The notes under the pieces were generated by a model that did not search any database, was not told where the DNA came from, and saw nothing but the letters and a program-made list of their open reading frames with translations. From an uncultured Gammaproteobacteria bacterium (GTDB lineage: Bacteria > Patescibacteriota > Patescibacteriia > UBA9934 > GWF2-40-263), in contig CAYNRK010000006.1 in NCBI GenBank assembly GCA_964399675.1, forward strand, positions 1,886-65,885: a stretch of DNA of 64,000 nucleotides, written 5' to 3'. Of this stretch, positions 10,281 through 19,504 are shown in pieces. A program made the translations under genes and the position numbers. How positions within the stretch are numbered: position 1 is the stretch's first letter; the number at the start of each line of letters is the position of its first letter.

Positions 10281-11247
10281 GTGGTGCTGTTTGGAAGCTA
10301 AACTCTTCGAACGTCAGTACAAAGACCACCTGAGTAATTACAAAACATGGAACCAGAAGTCACATGCTGACAAATGGCTACTCTTTGAACAAAACATCAG
10401 CTCACATTTAAGTCTGGATGAGGTGTCCATCTCAAACGGGGAGCTGTATACAATACTCACCAACAAAGCAGCCAAAGGAGGTAAAGGGTCTTTGGTTGTT
10501 ATATGCAAAGGAACCAAAACAGAAGATATTGTTAAGGTTTTTAAACGTATTCCATCAATTGAAAGGCAAAGAGTTCTTGAAGTCACCTTAGACTTCTGTC
10601 CAAGTATGGAAAAGTCTGTAAGGCATGCTTTCCCTAATGCCCGAGTTACAAGCGACCGTTTTCATGTTCAAAAGATTGTTACAGAAGCATTGCAGGATAT
10701 GCGCATTGAACTTCGACATAAAGCACTGAAATCTGAAAACAGAGAAGTTGAAAAAGCACGAAAGAAGTGTAAGAAACAAGGTAAGCAATACAAACAACCT
10801 AAGCTAAAAACATACTCAAACGGAGATACAAAGAAACAACTTTTAGCCAGAAGCAGATATCTTCTTTTCAAACCAAAGAGTAAATGGACAGACAACCAAA
10901 AAGAAAGGGCTGTTATTTTGTTTGAAACATTTCCTGAATTAGAAAGTGCTTACAATCTTTCAATGATGTTTAGGAACGTATATGAACAAGCTAAAACAAA
11001 AAAAGAAGCCAAACGGCTACTTTCAAACTGGTACAGCAAGGTTGAAAAAAAAGACTTCCCACATTTCATCACTACTGCCGAATACATTCAAAACCATGAA
11101 GAGACAATCCTTAACTATTTTCCAAACAGATCTACCAATGCTTCTGCTGAATCTTTCAATGCAAAGCTTAAAGGTTTCAGAGCACTGGTCAGAGGGGTAA
11201 GAGACAAGAAGTTTTTTCTTTATAGGGTTTCTAAGATTTGGGGGTAG
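10264..11247 (+). CDS. ISL3 DDE transposase
   Basis: LSLDE, VTLD, DRFHV, LARSRYLLFK and STNASAESFNAKLKGFR. Confidence 0.92.
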   Translation: MTSIAEWCCLEAKLFERQYKDHLSNYKTWNQKSHADKWLLFEQNISSHLSLDEVSISNGELYTILTNKAAKGGKGSLVVICKGTKTEDIVKVFKRIPSIERQRVLEVTLDFCPSMEKSVRHAFPNARVTSDRFHVQKIVTEALQDMRIELRHKALKSENREVEKARKKCKKQGKQYKQPKLKTYSNGDTKKQLLARSRYLLFKPKSKWTDNQKERAVILFETFPELESAYNLSMMFRNVYEQAKTKKEAKRLLSNWYSKVEKKDFPHFITTAEYIQNHEETILNYFPNRSTNASAESFNAKLKGFRALVRGVRDKKFFLYRVSKIWG

Positions 11248-11404
11248 TCCACAGGAATTGCGTATGATCCGTTGTACGGTTTATCACCCAGTACAATAGG
11301 GGTGCAAATCCCCTCAGGTCCACGGATTTCAGAATTTGACTTAAGCTAAAATTTATGTCACTCTTTTTTTGGTTGATAAGCCGTACAAACACTATTGTCA
11401 GAAA

Positions 11405-11434
11405 ACAAAAACCTCCGTTATCGGAGGTTTTTGT
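11405..11434. terminator. Bidirectional intrinsic terminator after nrdJ
   Basis: ACAAAAACCTCCG-TTAT-CGGAGGTTTTTGT. Confidence 0.8.
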
Positions 11435-11459
11435 TATTTGATATCGACTTAATTTTTCT

Positions 11460-14400
11460 TTAACTACACCCACTTGTTGCTCCACAGTTCAAACATTTAT
11501 AACACGCTGCATTGCGAACCATTATGGAACCGCATGTATCGCATGCAGGTGCATCGGACTGATTATCAAATGTTTGAGTGTGAGCGCCTTGTTTTTCAAA
11601 TAATTTTGTTTGTTCAACAGCATCGTCTGATTCTTCTATCTTAATCAATGGTGTAATATCTTCAGCTTTTACATCACCAGCCACTTCATCCTCCTCAGCA
11701 ACATTTATACCTAAAGAAAGTTGTGCTTCTCGTGACAAAAACTTAATTGCAATCCAACGGAAAATGTAATCTGTAATAGACTTTGCAATACGAATTTGCG
11801 GATTGTTTGTGTAACCGGATGGCTCAAAGCGCATGTGCACGAACTTGTTAACCAAAACTTCGAGTGGCACACCATATTGCAAACCAATAGAAACAGAAGT
11901 TGCAAAACTATCCATTAACCCTGAAATTACAGATCCTTCTTTTGACATTGTTACAAATATCTCACCAGGCATTCCATCATCATACAAACCAACAGTAATA
12001 TATCCTTCGTAATTTCCAACAGAAAACTTGTGCGTTATAGATTTACGCTCGTCTGAAAGCCGTCTGCGTCGGAGTTTTCGCTCTTGCATAGTCAATTCTC
12101 TAGGCTCCTCCTTTTCGCCCAGGCTAAAGCCTGGGGCTACCTCCTCTTTAACCTCTCGGACATCTCGAACCTCTTTTTTATTAGCAGCCTTTGCATCACT
12201 TTCCTTTGAAGTTGTTAAAGCCTGTTGTCGTTTGGAACCGTCTCTATAAATCGCAATTGCTTTGAGCCCAAGCTTCCATCCTTGCATATACACATCAGCT
12301 ATATCCTGTGGAGTTGCCTCATGTGGCATGTTCACGGTTTTGGAAATTGCGCCGGAAATAAACGGTTGAACAGCAGCCATCATTTTTAAATGCCCATTGT
12401 AATGAATCGTTCGCTCGCCATTAGCTGGCTTAAACGCACAATCAAATACTGGCAAATGCTCCTCTTTTATATGCGGTGCGTGTTCAATTGTGTCTGTTTC
12501 CTCGATATAAGCCAAAATTTCCTTTTGTTCTGTTTCTGTATATCCTAACTTTTGAAGCGCCTCTGGCACAGTACCATTAACCATCTTTAACATTCCACCA
12601 CCAACTAACCATTTATACTTCACAAGCGCAATGTCTGGCTCAATACCTGTTGTATCACAATCCATTAAAAATGAAATAGTGCCTGTTGGAGCCAAAACGG
12701 AAATTTGAGCATTTCTAAGTCCATACTTGCTTCCATGTTCAACAACATTATCCCAAGCCTTTTTCGATTCTGTTAACAAATCCGCTGAAACTCCTTCTGA
12801 AGTCATTTCATAAGCTGCGTCACGATGCATGCGCATAACATCAATGCACGGCTTTTCGTTCTGTTTAAATCCAGTAAAAGCACCAAGCTTTTCTGCAATT
12901 TTAGTAGATTGATAATAACAATGTCCGCTTTGAAGCGAAGTAATTGCCGCTGCCAGATTTCGCCCTTCATCAGAATCATAAGCCAGCCCATCACCCATCA
13001 AAAGCGCCCCTAGGTTTGCATAACCAATTCCAACCGGTCTGTAATCTAAACTGTTTTGTTCAATAGCAGGAGTTGGATAAACAGCATTCCCAATAATTAT
13101 CTCCATAGCTGTGATGATAATTTCATTGGCTTTTTTAAATGCCTCAACATCAAAAACCATTTCACCATTTACTGACTTTCGAAACTTAAGAAGATTAAGC
13201 GAAGCAAGATTACAAGCACTGTCATCAAGGAACATGTATTCAGAACAAGGATTGGATGCATTGATTCGGTCGGTATTTTTACATGTGTGCCAGTCATTAA
13301 TGGTTGTGTCGTATTGCATTCCAGGATCTCCACACAACCAAGCTGCTTCGGCAATCTTGCCCATTAGTTCTTTTGCATTGTATTTTAGACTTGGCTTGCC
13401 GGTTAACACTTCTTTTGTTTCCCATTCATCGCCATTTTCAACAGCTTGCATAAACTCATCATTCACACGAACAGAGTTGTTTGCGTTTTGAAAATAAATG
13501 GAAGAATAAGCTGGACCATCAATCGAACCATCATAACCGGCGTCCATAAGTGTCCAAGCCTTTTTTTCTTCCTCAACCTTGCATGTAATAAATTCTTCAA
13601 TGTCTGGATGATCAATATTAAGAATAACCATTTTGGCAGCTCTTCGTGTTTTTCCACCACTCTTGATCACACCAGCAAATGAATCCAATCCTTTCATAAA
13701 AGACACTGGACCCGAAGCGCGCCCATTGCTTCCACCAAGATATTCTTGTTTTGATCGTAATTTTGAAAGGTTTGATCCAGCACCTGAGCCACCTTTGAAC
13801 AACATGCCTTCTGTAACACACAAATTGAGAATGGATCGCATGTCATCATGAACCGAATTTATAAAACACGCAGAGCATTGTTGAGGTCTTGTTGTCCCAA
13901 CATTAAACCAAACAGGCGAATTAAATGCAGCTTTCTGATTAACTAAAATGTGATGAAGCTCAGCCTCAAACGCGTCTGAGTCTTCCTTTGTTTCAAAATA
14001 TCCATCCTTGCGTCCCCAATTTGAAATCGTTGTTGCAACACGTGAAACTATCTGTTTGACTGAATGTTCACGATCATCTTTTCCAACTGTTCCAAAAAAG
14101 TATTTCGCAACCACAATATTTGTTGCTGTTTGAGACCAGGTTTTTGGTACCTCAACATCTTTTTGTTCAAAAACCAACTCGCCTTTAAAATCAGTGATTG
14201 TTGCATCCCGTGTTTCCCATTCAATCTCATCATATGGATGCACGCCTTCTTTTGTAAAATATCGATCTACTTTAATGCCTTTACCATATTGATCTTCCTT
14301 TGCATTATCGCGAGAACTTGAGCGATAACCTAAATATTTTTTTGAAACATGAATCAAATTGTTATCAACAAATGTTAAATTCACAATCTCTCGCACATCA

Positions 14401-14669
14401 GCAAACGACGGCGTGCTGTGTCCATCAAACTGACGAGTTAGTCTTGTTATAACTTGTGAAACCATTCGATCAGTAAGCAATGAATCTTTTACACCTGCCA
14501 CCAAACAGGCCTCACGAATCGAAACGAATAATTTTTGTTTATCAAAATCTTGCTCAGAACCATCTCGTTTTTTAACACTCTTCACAGATGTCATAAATTC
14601 CCATACAGAATCTGAAATCTTAGCTGTGTCCGTTTGAGTGGTTCGGACTTTGTTGGTGGCTTGATCCAT
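11460..14669 (-). CDS. nrdJ: Class II (adenosylcobalamin-dependent) ribonucleotide reductase with ATP-cone and C-terminal TSCPD/Zn-ribbon
   Basis: VKKRDG ATP-cone, FNSPVWFN, CSACFI, SNPCSEY, ACNLAS, APTGTIS, GAISKTVN and C-terminal CxxC...CxxC. Confidence 0.95.
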   Translation of the reverse strand: MDQATNKVRTTQTDTAKISDSVWEFMTSVKSVKKRDGSEQDFDKQKLFVSIREACLVAGVKDSLLTDRMVSQVITRLTRQFDGHSTPSFADVREIVNLTFVDNNLIHVSKKYLGYRSSSRDNAKEDQYGKGIKVDRYFTKEGVHPYDEIEWETRDATITDFKGELVFEQKDVEVPKTWSQTATNIVVAKYFFGTVGKDDREHSVKQIVSRVATTISNWGRKDGYFETKEDSDAFEAELHHILVNQKAAFNSPVWFNVGTTRPQQCSACFINSVHDDMRSILNLCVTEGMLFKGGSGAGSNLSKLRSKQEYLGGSNGRASGPVSFMKGLDSFAGVIKSGGKTRRAAKMVILNIDHPDIEEFITCKVEEEKKAWTLMDAGYDGSIDGPAYSSIYFQNANNSVRVNDEFMQAVENGDEWETKEVLTGKPSLKYNAKELMGKIAEAAWLCGDPGMQYDTTINDWHTCKNTDRINASNPCSEYMFLDDSACNLASLNLLKFRKSVNGEMVFDVEAFKKANEIIITAMEIIIGNAVYPTPAIEQNSLDYRPVGIGYANLGALLMGDGLAYDSDEGRNLAAAITSLQSGHCYYQSTKIAEKLGAFTGFKQNEKPCIDVMRMHRDAAYEMTSEGVSADLLTESKKAWDNVVEHGSKYGLRNAQISVLAPTGTISFLMDCDTTGIEPDIALVKYKWLVGGGMLKMVNGTVPEALQKLGYTETEQKEILAYIEETDTIEHAPHIKEEHLPVFDCAFKPANGERTIHYNGHLKMMAAVQPFISGAISKTVNMPHEATPQDIADVYMQGWKLGLKAIAIYRDGSKRQQALTTSKESDAKAANKKEVRDVREVKEEVAPGFSLGEKEEPRELTMQERKLRRRRLSDERKSITHKFSVGNYEGYITVGLYDDGMPGEIFVTMSKEGSVISGLMDSFATSVSIGLQYGVPLEVLVNKFVHMRFEPSGYTNNPQIRIAKSITDYIFRWIAIKFLSREAQLSLGINVAEEDEVAGDVKAEDITPLIKIEESDDAVEQTKLFEKQGAHTQTFDNQSDAPACDTCGSIMVRNAACYKCLNCGATSGCS

Positions 14670-14826
14670 AATGATAATGAAAAGGGTTTCAAAATTTTAT
14701 TTTAAATAATGCATAAGCCGCAAGATCGTAAATTTTGAGTCAACCTAATTTGGGCAGACTAAAAACAATCCCTATGGGATCATTTCTATTACTCCTGGAA
14801 GCCTATATTCCCCTCCCCGCGGCGCA

Positions 14827-14898
14827 CCACTACATGTTGTGGTCTAAGTTAATTGTATACCACTATATATTGTGTGTCAAAGAAATGGCTTATCCACA
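14827..14898 (-). promoter_or_regulatory. nrdJ promoter with two NrdR boxes and a DnaA box
   Basis: CCACTACATGTTGTGG (14827-42) and CCACTATATATTGTGT (14860-75). TTGACA(14880-75)-17-TACAAT(14857-52) on the minus strand. TTATCCACA at 14890-98. Confidence 0.85.
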
Positions 14899-14924
14899 GT
14901 TTTTTGCGACACTTGGCACTCGAA

Positions 14925-15503
14925 CTAGAAACCCATGGTCAAATTGATGTTTGGTTTCTCTTGTTGTTTTAGCTCAAAATCCACTGGAATAGCTCGACGC
15001 CCACCCAATCTATCATTGTAAGCCAGCGCCTTATACTTAAGTCCGTATTCATAGACATCACGAGTTGCACGCACGTCTTCTATACAATAATCCTTGATCT
15101 TTTGAATCTCACCTTGCTTCCACCACTCAACAGCCATTAGCCCATGAGCGGTCTTCCCTTTCCCAACCGTTGCCTTGGCAACATCATCAAGCTTTAATCG
15201 AAATCCAAGAGCCTTATGAATTTCCGCCAAAATATCCAGGTTTGGAAAGGTTAGAAAATCACCACTGTAATAATTATTCATGATTGGAAGATCAAAATGG
15301 ATTTGGTTGTATCCGATAATCCGATCAGCGTGTTCTAGCCGTGGCCATAAATCTGGCAGCTCGTGAACTTCAAAAGCTTCAAAAGTATCAGTCTCATAAA
15401 AATAACAGCCGATCACTGATATCTTCAAAGCTTTTAAGTTAAAACCTCCAACATCGTTGAAGGTATTTTGTGTTTCAATATCTAGAACAACCTCTTTTTT
15501 CAT
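14925..15503 (-). CDS. RNase H-like / DEDD 3'-5' exonuclease (YprB-like)
   Basis: LDIET, GYN..FD.P, KLDDVA and YCIEDV. Confidence 0.85.
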   Translation of the reverse strand: MKKEVVLDIETQNTFNDVGGFNLKALKISVIGCYFYETDTFEAFEVHELPDLWPRLEHADRIIGYNQIHFDLPIMNNYYSGDFLTFPNLDILAEIHKALGFRLKLDDVAKATVGKGKTAHGLMAVEWWKQGEIQKIKDYCIEDVRATRDVYEYGLKYKALAYNDRLGGRRAIPVDFELKQQEKPNINLTMGF

Positions 15504-15516
15504 AACCACAATATTA

Positions 15517-15677
15517 GAGACTGTTGGAATACTCCAGTGCGAGATCAAAGTGAGAAATTTTTTTCAGAAATAGTTTCAGGACGACGAGACGATATGGACA
15601 TATCGTTGAGGAATCATGAAACTATTTCTGGGAAAAATAGCCGCTTTGGAGCCGTGCTGGAGTATTTCAACGGTCTC
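15517..15677. mobile_element. 161-bp MITE/RPE-like palindromic element, family B, copy 2
   Basis: Same TIRs (two substitutions in the left arm) and similar core as 4393-4553. Flanked by TA on both sides. Confidence 0.85.
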
Positions 15678-15695
15678 TAGTATAACATAGGATTT

Positions 15696-16238
15696 TTAAA
15701 TTTTGTAAAGATACAATTTTTCTGATCCAAATTGGACTTTATCAATAAGTTTCAAGGTTGGAAACGTGAATTGACGTGAGACAATTCGTGTTCCTGGGGG
15801 AAAGGTTTTTTTAAAAGTTGGTTCCAGTTTCTTGTTTACTTCATTAAAAAGATAAACAAAAATTACATCAGCTTTTGGAAATTTCTGAGAAAAAATATTC
15901 CCTTGATGAATTTTGACTTGATCTGACACTTTTTGAATTCGGCACTTTATAGAGCCAAGCATGCACAAAAGTTTTAATCGCTCAATCCCCACTCCTTTGG
16001 TTCCATGATATTTTGCTGCATGAATTAAAAACGACCCATCACCACACCCAAGATCTAATATTGTGTCATCTGGATGAATATCTCCAAGCTTGCAAATGGC
16101 ATCTGCCATCTTCCCTTTTGTCTTTACAAACGGAACGGTTTTGTGGCCTTGATAAATCATGTAAACAGCAAGGATCCCAATTGCAAGAGCAAGTAACTCT
16201 ATAAATAAAGCAAGAAGCAAACCAAGTTCAGAATTCAT
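15696..16238 (-). CDS. Membrane-anchored class I SAM-dependent methyltransferase
   Basis: TM helix, VPFVKT, DLGCGDG, VIFVYL and PGTRIVS. Same family as 6448-6957. Confidence 0.85.
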   Translation of the reverse strand: MNSELGLLLALFIELLALAIGILAVYMIYQGHKTVPFVKTKGKMADAICKLGDIHPDDTILDLGCGDGSFLIHAAKYHGTKGVGIERLKLLCMLGSIKCRIQKVSDQVKIHQGNIFSQKFPKADVIFVYLFNEVNKKLEPTFKKTFPPGTRIVSRQFTFPTLKLIDKVQFGSEKLYLYKI

Positions 16239-16245
16239 AATTGTT

Positions 16246-17244
16246 CTAAAAAATTTCTTTAGCCGCTTGCCAAAGTCTTGGCTCGCCTGATTTATAAAGT
16301 TTGTACCACCATTCAGCTCCCCAAAGATATGCTTCGCTAAGTCCTGCGTCTTTTGCAAACTGCACATTCGTTTCAAACATTTCTTTATTAAAAGCTTTGT
16401 ACCATTCCTTTATTTCACGATTTTCAATTGACTCAGGGAACCAAGGTTCAGCCTGAAGCTCTGAAACAATAACTTTGTCTACAACATCATTGACAAGACC
16501 GGCGCGGAACAAATAAAACTTTGGGCTGATTGGATAAACAAAATATCCAAAAAAGTCATTCCATGTTTGACGATACATTGAAAGACCTAACACGTCTGCC
16601 AACTTTGCAGAATCGCGCCAAGGACCAATCTCACCACTAACAGTGATTTGAATTGGTCTGTTATCAAGTCTGCGCACCAGATCCACGCGCTCCTGGAGTT
16701 GTTCAGGAGTAATCGTAGGACATTCTCCAAATGGGAAAAAAGGTTCATTTTCCACTTGCCACCTAACAATTGCGGAAGAATCTTTATATCGATTCACTGC
16801 GCGTTCCAAAAACTGCAATACTGCTGCATGTTGTTGTTGTGCACTTAACATTTCCGCCCAGTCCGGAATATAACATTCAGGCCAGCGCGGAACTTTCATT
16901 CCAACCACAATCGTTAAATCAACATCATTCTTTTCAGAATACTTAACTAACCAATCAACTTTTTCCCATGAATACTTCCCCTGCTCACGTTCAACATCTG
17001 ACCAATACAAAGGCAAGCGCACATATGTTACTTCTAACTCATTGATAATTGCTTTGTATGTTTCCTGAACATCTAGTTTGAGCTGTTCTGTATACTTTGT
17101 TGAAAAAGTAACACCAAAAATCGGATCACTGTCAGGAATTTGATTTATCCATTTTGCCCCAAATGTAAAAACAAGAAGCGTCACAGCCCCCATTAAAATA
17201 AGAAACAAGACAAGATGTTTGGAATGTTTTTTGTGGATGTTCAT
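16246..17244 (-). CDS. Clan GH-A glycoside hydrolase (GH5/GH42-like), membrane anchored
   Basis: VRLPLYW..VE...G.Y.W, WQVENEP (acid/base) and SELQAEPW (nucleophile). Confidence 0.75.
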   Translation of the reverse strand: MNIHKKHSKHLVLFLILMGAVTLLVFTFGAKWINQIPDSDPIFGVTFSTKYTEQLKLDVQETYKAIINELEVTYVRLPLYWSDVEREQGKYSWEKVDWLVKYSEKNDVDLTIVVGMKVPRWPECYIPDWAEMLSAQQQHAAVLQFLERAVNRYKDSSAIVRWQVENEPFFPFGECPTITPEQLQERVDLVRRLDNRPIQITVSGEIGPWRDSAKLADVLGLSMYRQTWNDFFGYFVYPISPKFYLFRAGLVNDVVDKVIVSELQAEPWFPESIENREIKEWYKAFNKEMFETNVQFAKDAGLSEAYLWGAEWWYKLYKSGEPRLWQAAKEIF

Positions 17245-17250
17245 GCTTAA

Positions 17251-18825
17251 TTAAATTTCCTCTCGTTTTTCGCGCAAAAACGCAAGCCAGCTTTCTGTGA
17301 TCTCAATACTGGCCTTAAACGGAGCTTCAATAATGAAGTCAAAAAAGAACAAAAAGATGTTAATTTTTGGAGCACGAATCGAAATCCAACGCCCAACCCG
17401 AACAAGTGGAACAAAGAGAATGTCGGAAATCGTTCCAAAAAATCCTCGTGAAGAATCAAGGACCACGAGTTCTCGTCTTGTATTTCTAATACGTAATCCA
17501 AAGTAAGCCACAAGAGAGAGGAAGAAAATAAAGAAAAAGATGGAAAGTGCGTTGAAATTGATATACAGCAATGCTTGGATCACAAGCCCAATGGTTACAA
17601 GAAACACAACTAAATACAAAAGGTTGAAGATGAAAAACATTGGACCTCGAAAGGCGCGTTTGCGTTTAAACACTAAAGCGAAATCATCAGAAATTCCAAG
17701 AAGTCCGTGGACTTCATCAAGAATATGTTTATTATTTTTCTTTTTTGCGATTCGAACAGTCAGCCCTATTACTGCAAGCAACAGCGGCGGGAATAAAATA
17801 TTTACAAGTAATGGAAAGTAATCAGTGGTGTGCAAAACAAAAAGTTCGTATGGATATTCAACAAGCACAGCCAGGATTGATTTTGTCAACAAAAGGAAAA
17901 AAGCTGCGCGAACCACTGTGCGTCTTAATCGAACACGGTGCGCCTTATACCTTACTCTTGCCGCTTCAGTAATTGCACTATCAAGCGTTGGTTTATCTCC
18001 AACTGCAACTGCTTGTTGAAATGCCTGAGGATTATCTTCAGCAATATCTGCAAGAAGTCGGAAAACAATGGCATGACGACGAACAAATCTATGAATGGCG
18101 TCTGATCCTGAATGGAAAATCTGATCCTCAACAGACTTGATAACTTTTGGAAGATTCATGTGAATCTCTTTAACAACTGAATCGCCTGCTTTTGCTTTTC
18201 GCCAATCCGGATAATAAAGCGTTAAAAGTCTGTAACGAAGAGTGGCTGTGTTTGATTTAAGAACAGTTCTGTGAACAGCAATGTAAAGTTGCAACTCCTG
18301 GTCTTTTTCAGCAATTACATTTGTCTGCCAGGTAATACGCTTTTTAAGTTCTTGATAAGCATAACTTGCAAGTGCTTCATCAGAACATGGTGGCCCAAGT
18401 CGATACTCAAGTTCAGTGGAAATCACATCAAGCAACCAAACATAAGTCTCTTGATCTTCTTTTGACTCTTCTTCAAGTCCTTCAAAAATCGGTTTGTATT
18501 TTTCTAAAATATCAGCAACAACTTCAATTTTACTTGTTGGGATTTTTTTGTTTGGCAAGTACTTTGCCCAAATAAGTTCTTTAAGCAGCTTCTCAGCCAA
18601 GAGCTTTTTATCTTCATCAGCAAGTCGACGCTTTAAAATTCGTTTAATTGCATTGCGGCGCAACAAATGTTCTTCATCATACTCAAGTGTGTTACGAATC
18701 GTTTCATAAACCGAAGCAGCCACTGAAACAGTTTCAGAAACTTTAATAACATCTTCTTCTGTTTTCTGTTCCTCGTGTTGCATCTGGGTAATAGTTGAGA
18801 TCAGATGCTCAAGTACTTTGTTCAT
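17251..18825 (-). CDS. Conserved hypothetical protein with C-terminal TM helices
   Basis: 524-aa ORF with YE.IRN.LEY.EEHLLRRNAI.RIL N-terminus and 4-5 TM segments. Confidence 0.75.
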   Translation of the reverse strand: MNKVLEHLISTITQMQHEEQKTEEDVIKVSETVSVAASVYETIRNTLEYDEEHLLRRNAIKRILKRRLADEDKKLLAEKLLKELIWAKYLPNKKIPTSKIEVVADILEKYKPIFEGLEEESKEDQETYVWLLDVISTELEYRLGPPCSDEALASYAYQELKKRITWQTNVIAEKDQELQLYIAVHRTVLKSNTATLRYRLLTLYYPDWRKAKAGDSVVKEIHMNLPKVIKSVEDQIFHSGSDAIHRFVRRHAIVFRLLADIAEDNPQAFQQAVAVGDKPTLDSAITEAARVRYKAHRVRLRRTVVRAAFFLLLTKSILAVLVEYPYELFVLHTTDYFPLLVNILFPPLLLAVIGLTVRIAKKKNNKHILDEVHGLLGISDDFALVFKRKRAFRGPMFFIFNLLYLVVFLVTIGLVIQALLYINFNALSIFFFIFFLSLVAYFGLRIRNTRRELVVLDSSRGFFGTISDILFVPLVRVGRWISIRAPKINIFLFFFDFIIEAPFKASIEITESWLAFLREKREEI

Positions 18826-18840
18826 ATTTTTTCTTAATTG

Positions 18841-19500
18841 CTAAAGTGAGGCTGCTTGCATTTCTTTTTTTATTTGAAGCTGAATTTCTACTTGAGTTTT
18901 ACCTCGTTCTGCCAACTCTTCTGCTCTTTCAAAAATTGTTTTTACAAATCTTGGATCAGTGCCAAGAAGAATGCTCCAATCAAACAAATCGGCCTCACGA
19001 GCCCCTTCTTCATCCTGATGCATAAAATGAATTGTATATTCTTTTTCAGACACAGACCAACCAACAGAAAACATTAATATTCCATCCTGATCGTGTCGAC
19101 GAAGATAGCGACGGTAAACCTCATAATCATCAATTACGTATCTTTCAAGAGAATCAACACTGAGACCTTGCAATGTATCTTGATTCTCGTTTAGCCCTTC
19201 AACTATATCTCTTGCAACAATTGCATTGTCACCAATTGACACTTCCGCCTCTGAGTGAACCGGAAACTCACCTGGTTTAGTGCCGCCGTTAAATTTAACA
19301 ACAAACACTTCCTTGTCTTCATCCCACTCAATCTCAATCTGATGGGTACCAATCTGAATTGTCTCATAAAAATCAGAATCTTCTTCATGACCAAGTTCGT
19401 CATCAACAAATTGTTGATCTTTAACAGCCTGTTCTAAAAGTCTTGCTTCTTCAGGTGACCTGTCTGCTGGTTTACCCGAAGCTTCTCTAAATCTTGGCAT
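18841..19500 (-). CDS. Acidic hypothetical protein with two HicB-like modules
   Basis: Start MPRFRE. Aligns with the C-terminal half of 19505-20692. Confidence 0.7.
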   Translation of the reverse strand: MPRFREASGKPADRSPEEARLLEQAVKDQQFVDDELGHEEDSDFYETIQIGTHQIEIEWDEDKEVFVVKFNGGTKPGEFPVHSEAEVSIGDNAIVARDIVEGLNENQDTLQGLSVDSLERYVIDDYEVYRRYLRRHDQDGILMFSVGWSVSEKEYTIHFMHQDEEGAREADLFDWSILLGTDPRFVKTIFERAEELAERGKTQVEIQLQIKKEMQAASL

Positions 19501-19504
19501 AATA

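Larger units (their letters stand above)
9813..11270 (+). mobile_element. ISL3-family insertion sequence (two-ORF, ISAon1-like), 1458 bp
   Basis: IRL GGACCATACGTAATACCTGTGGAGTA versus IRR (reverse complement) GGATCATACGCAATTCCTGTGGACTA. 8-bp TSD GTTGTACG at 9805-9812 and 11271-11278. Confidence 0.93.
9770..11340 (+). ncRNA. Candidate tRNA/tmRNA-like structured RNA interrupted by the IS (halves 9770-9812 and 11279-11340)
   Basis: After removing the IS and one TSD: GGGCCTG/CAGGTCC acceptor-like stem with G3-U70 and A73, T-arm AGGGG-TGCAAAT-CCCCT, and an outer ~19-bp extension whose non-WC pairs are all G-U. Confidence 0.45.

Noticed and set aside
9789-11322. Canonical tRNA gene
   Set aside because: The reconstruction lacks a proper D arm and anticodon arm and has no CCA, so it is kept only as a tRNA-like candidate.
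11460-14669. Intein or intron in nrdJ
   Set aside because: The catalytic motifs are contiguous. The extra length is explained by the ATP-cone and C-terminal TSCPD/Zn-ribbon.
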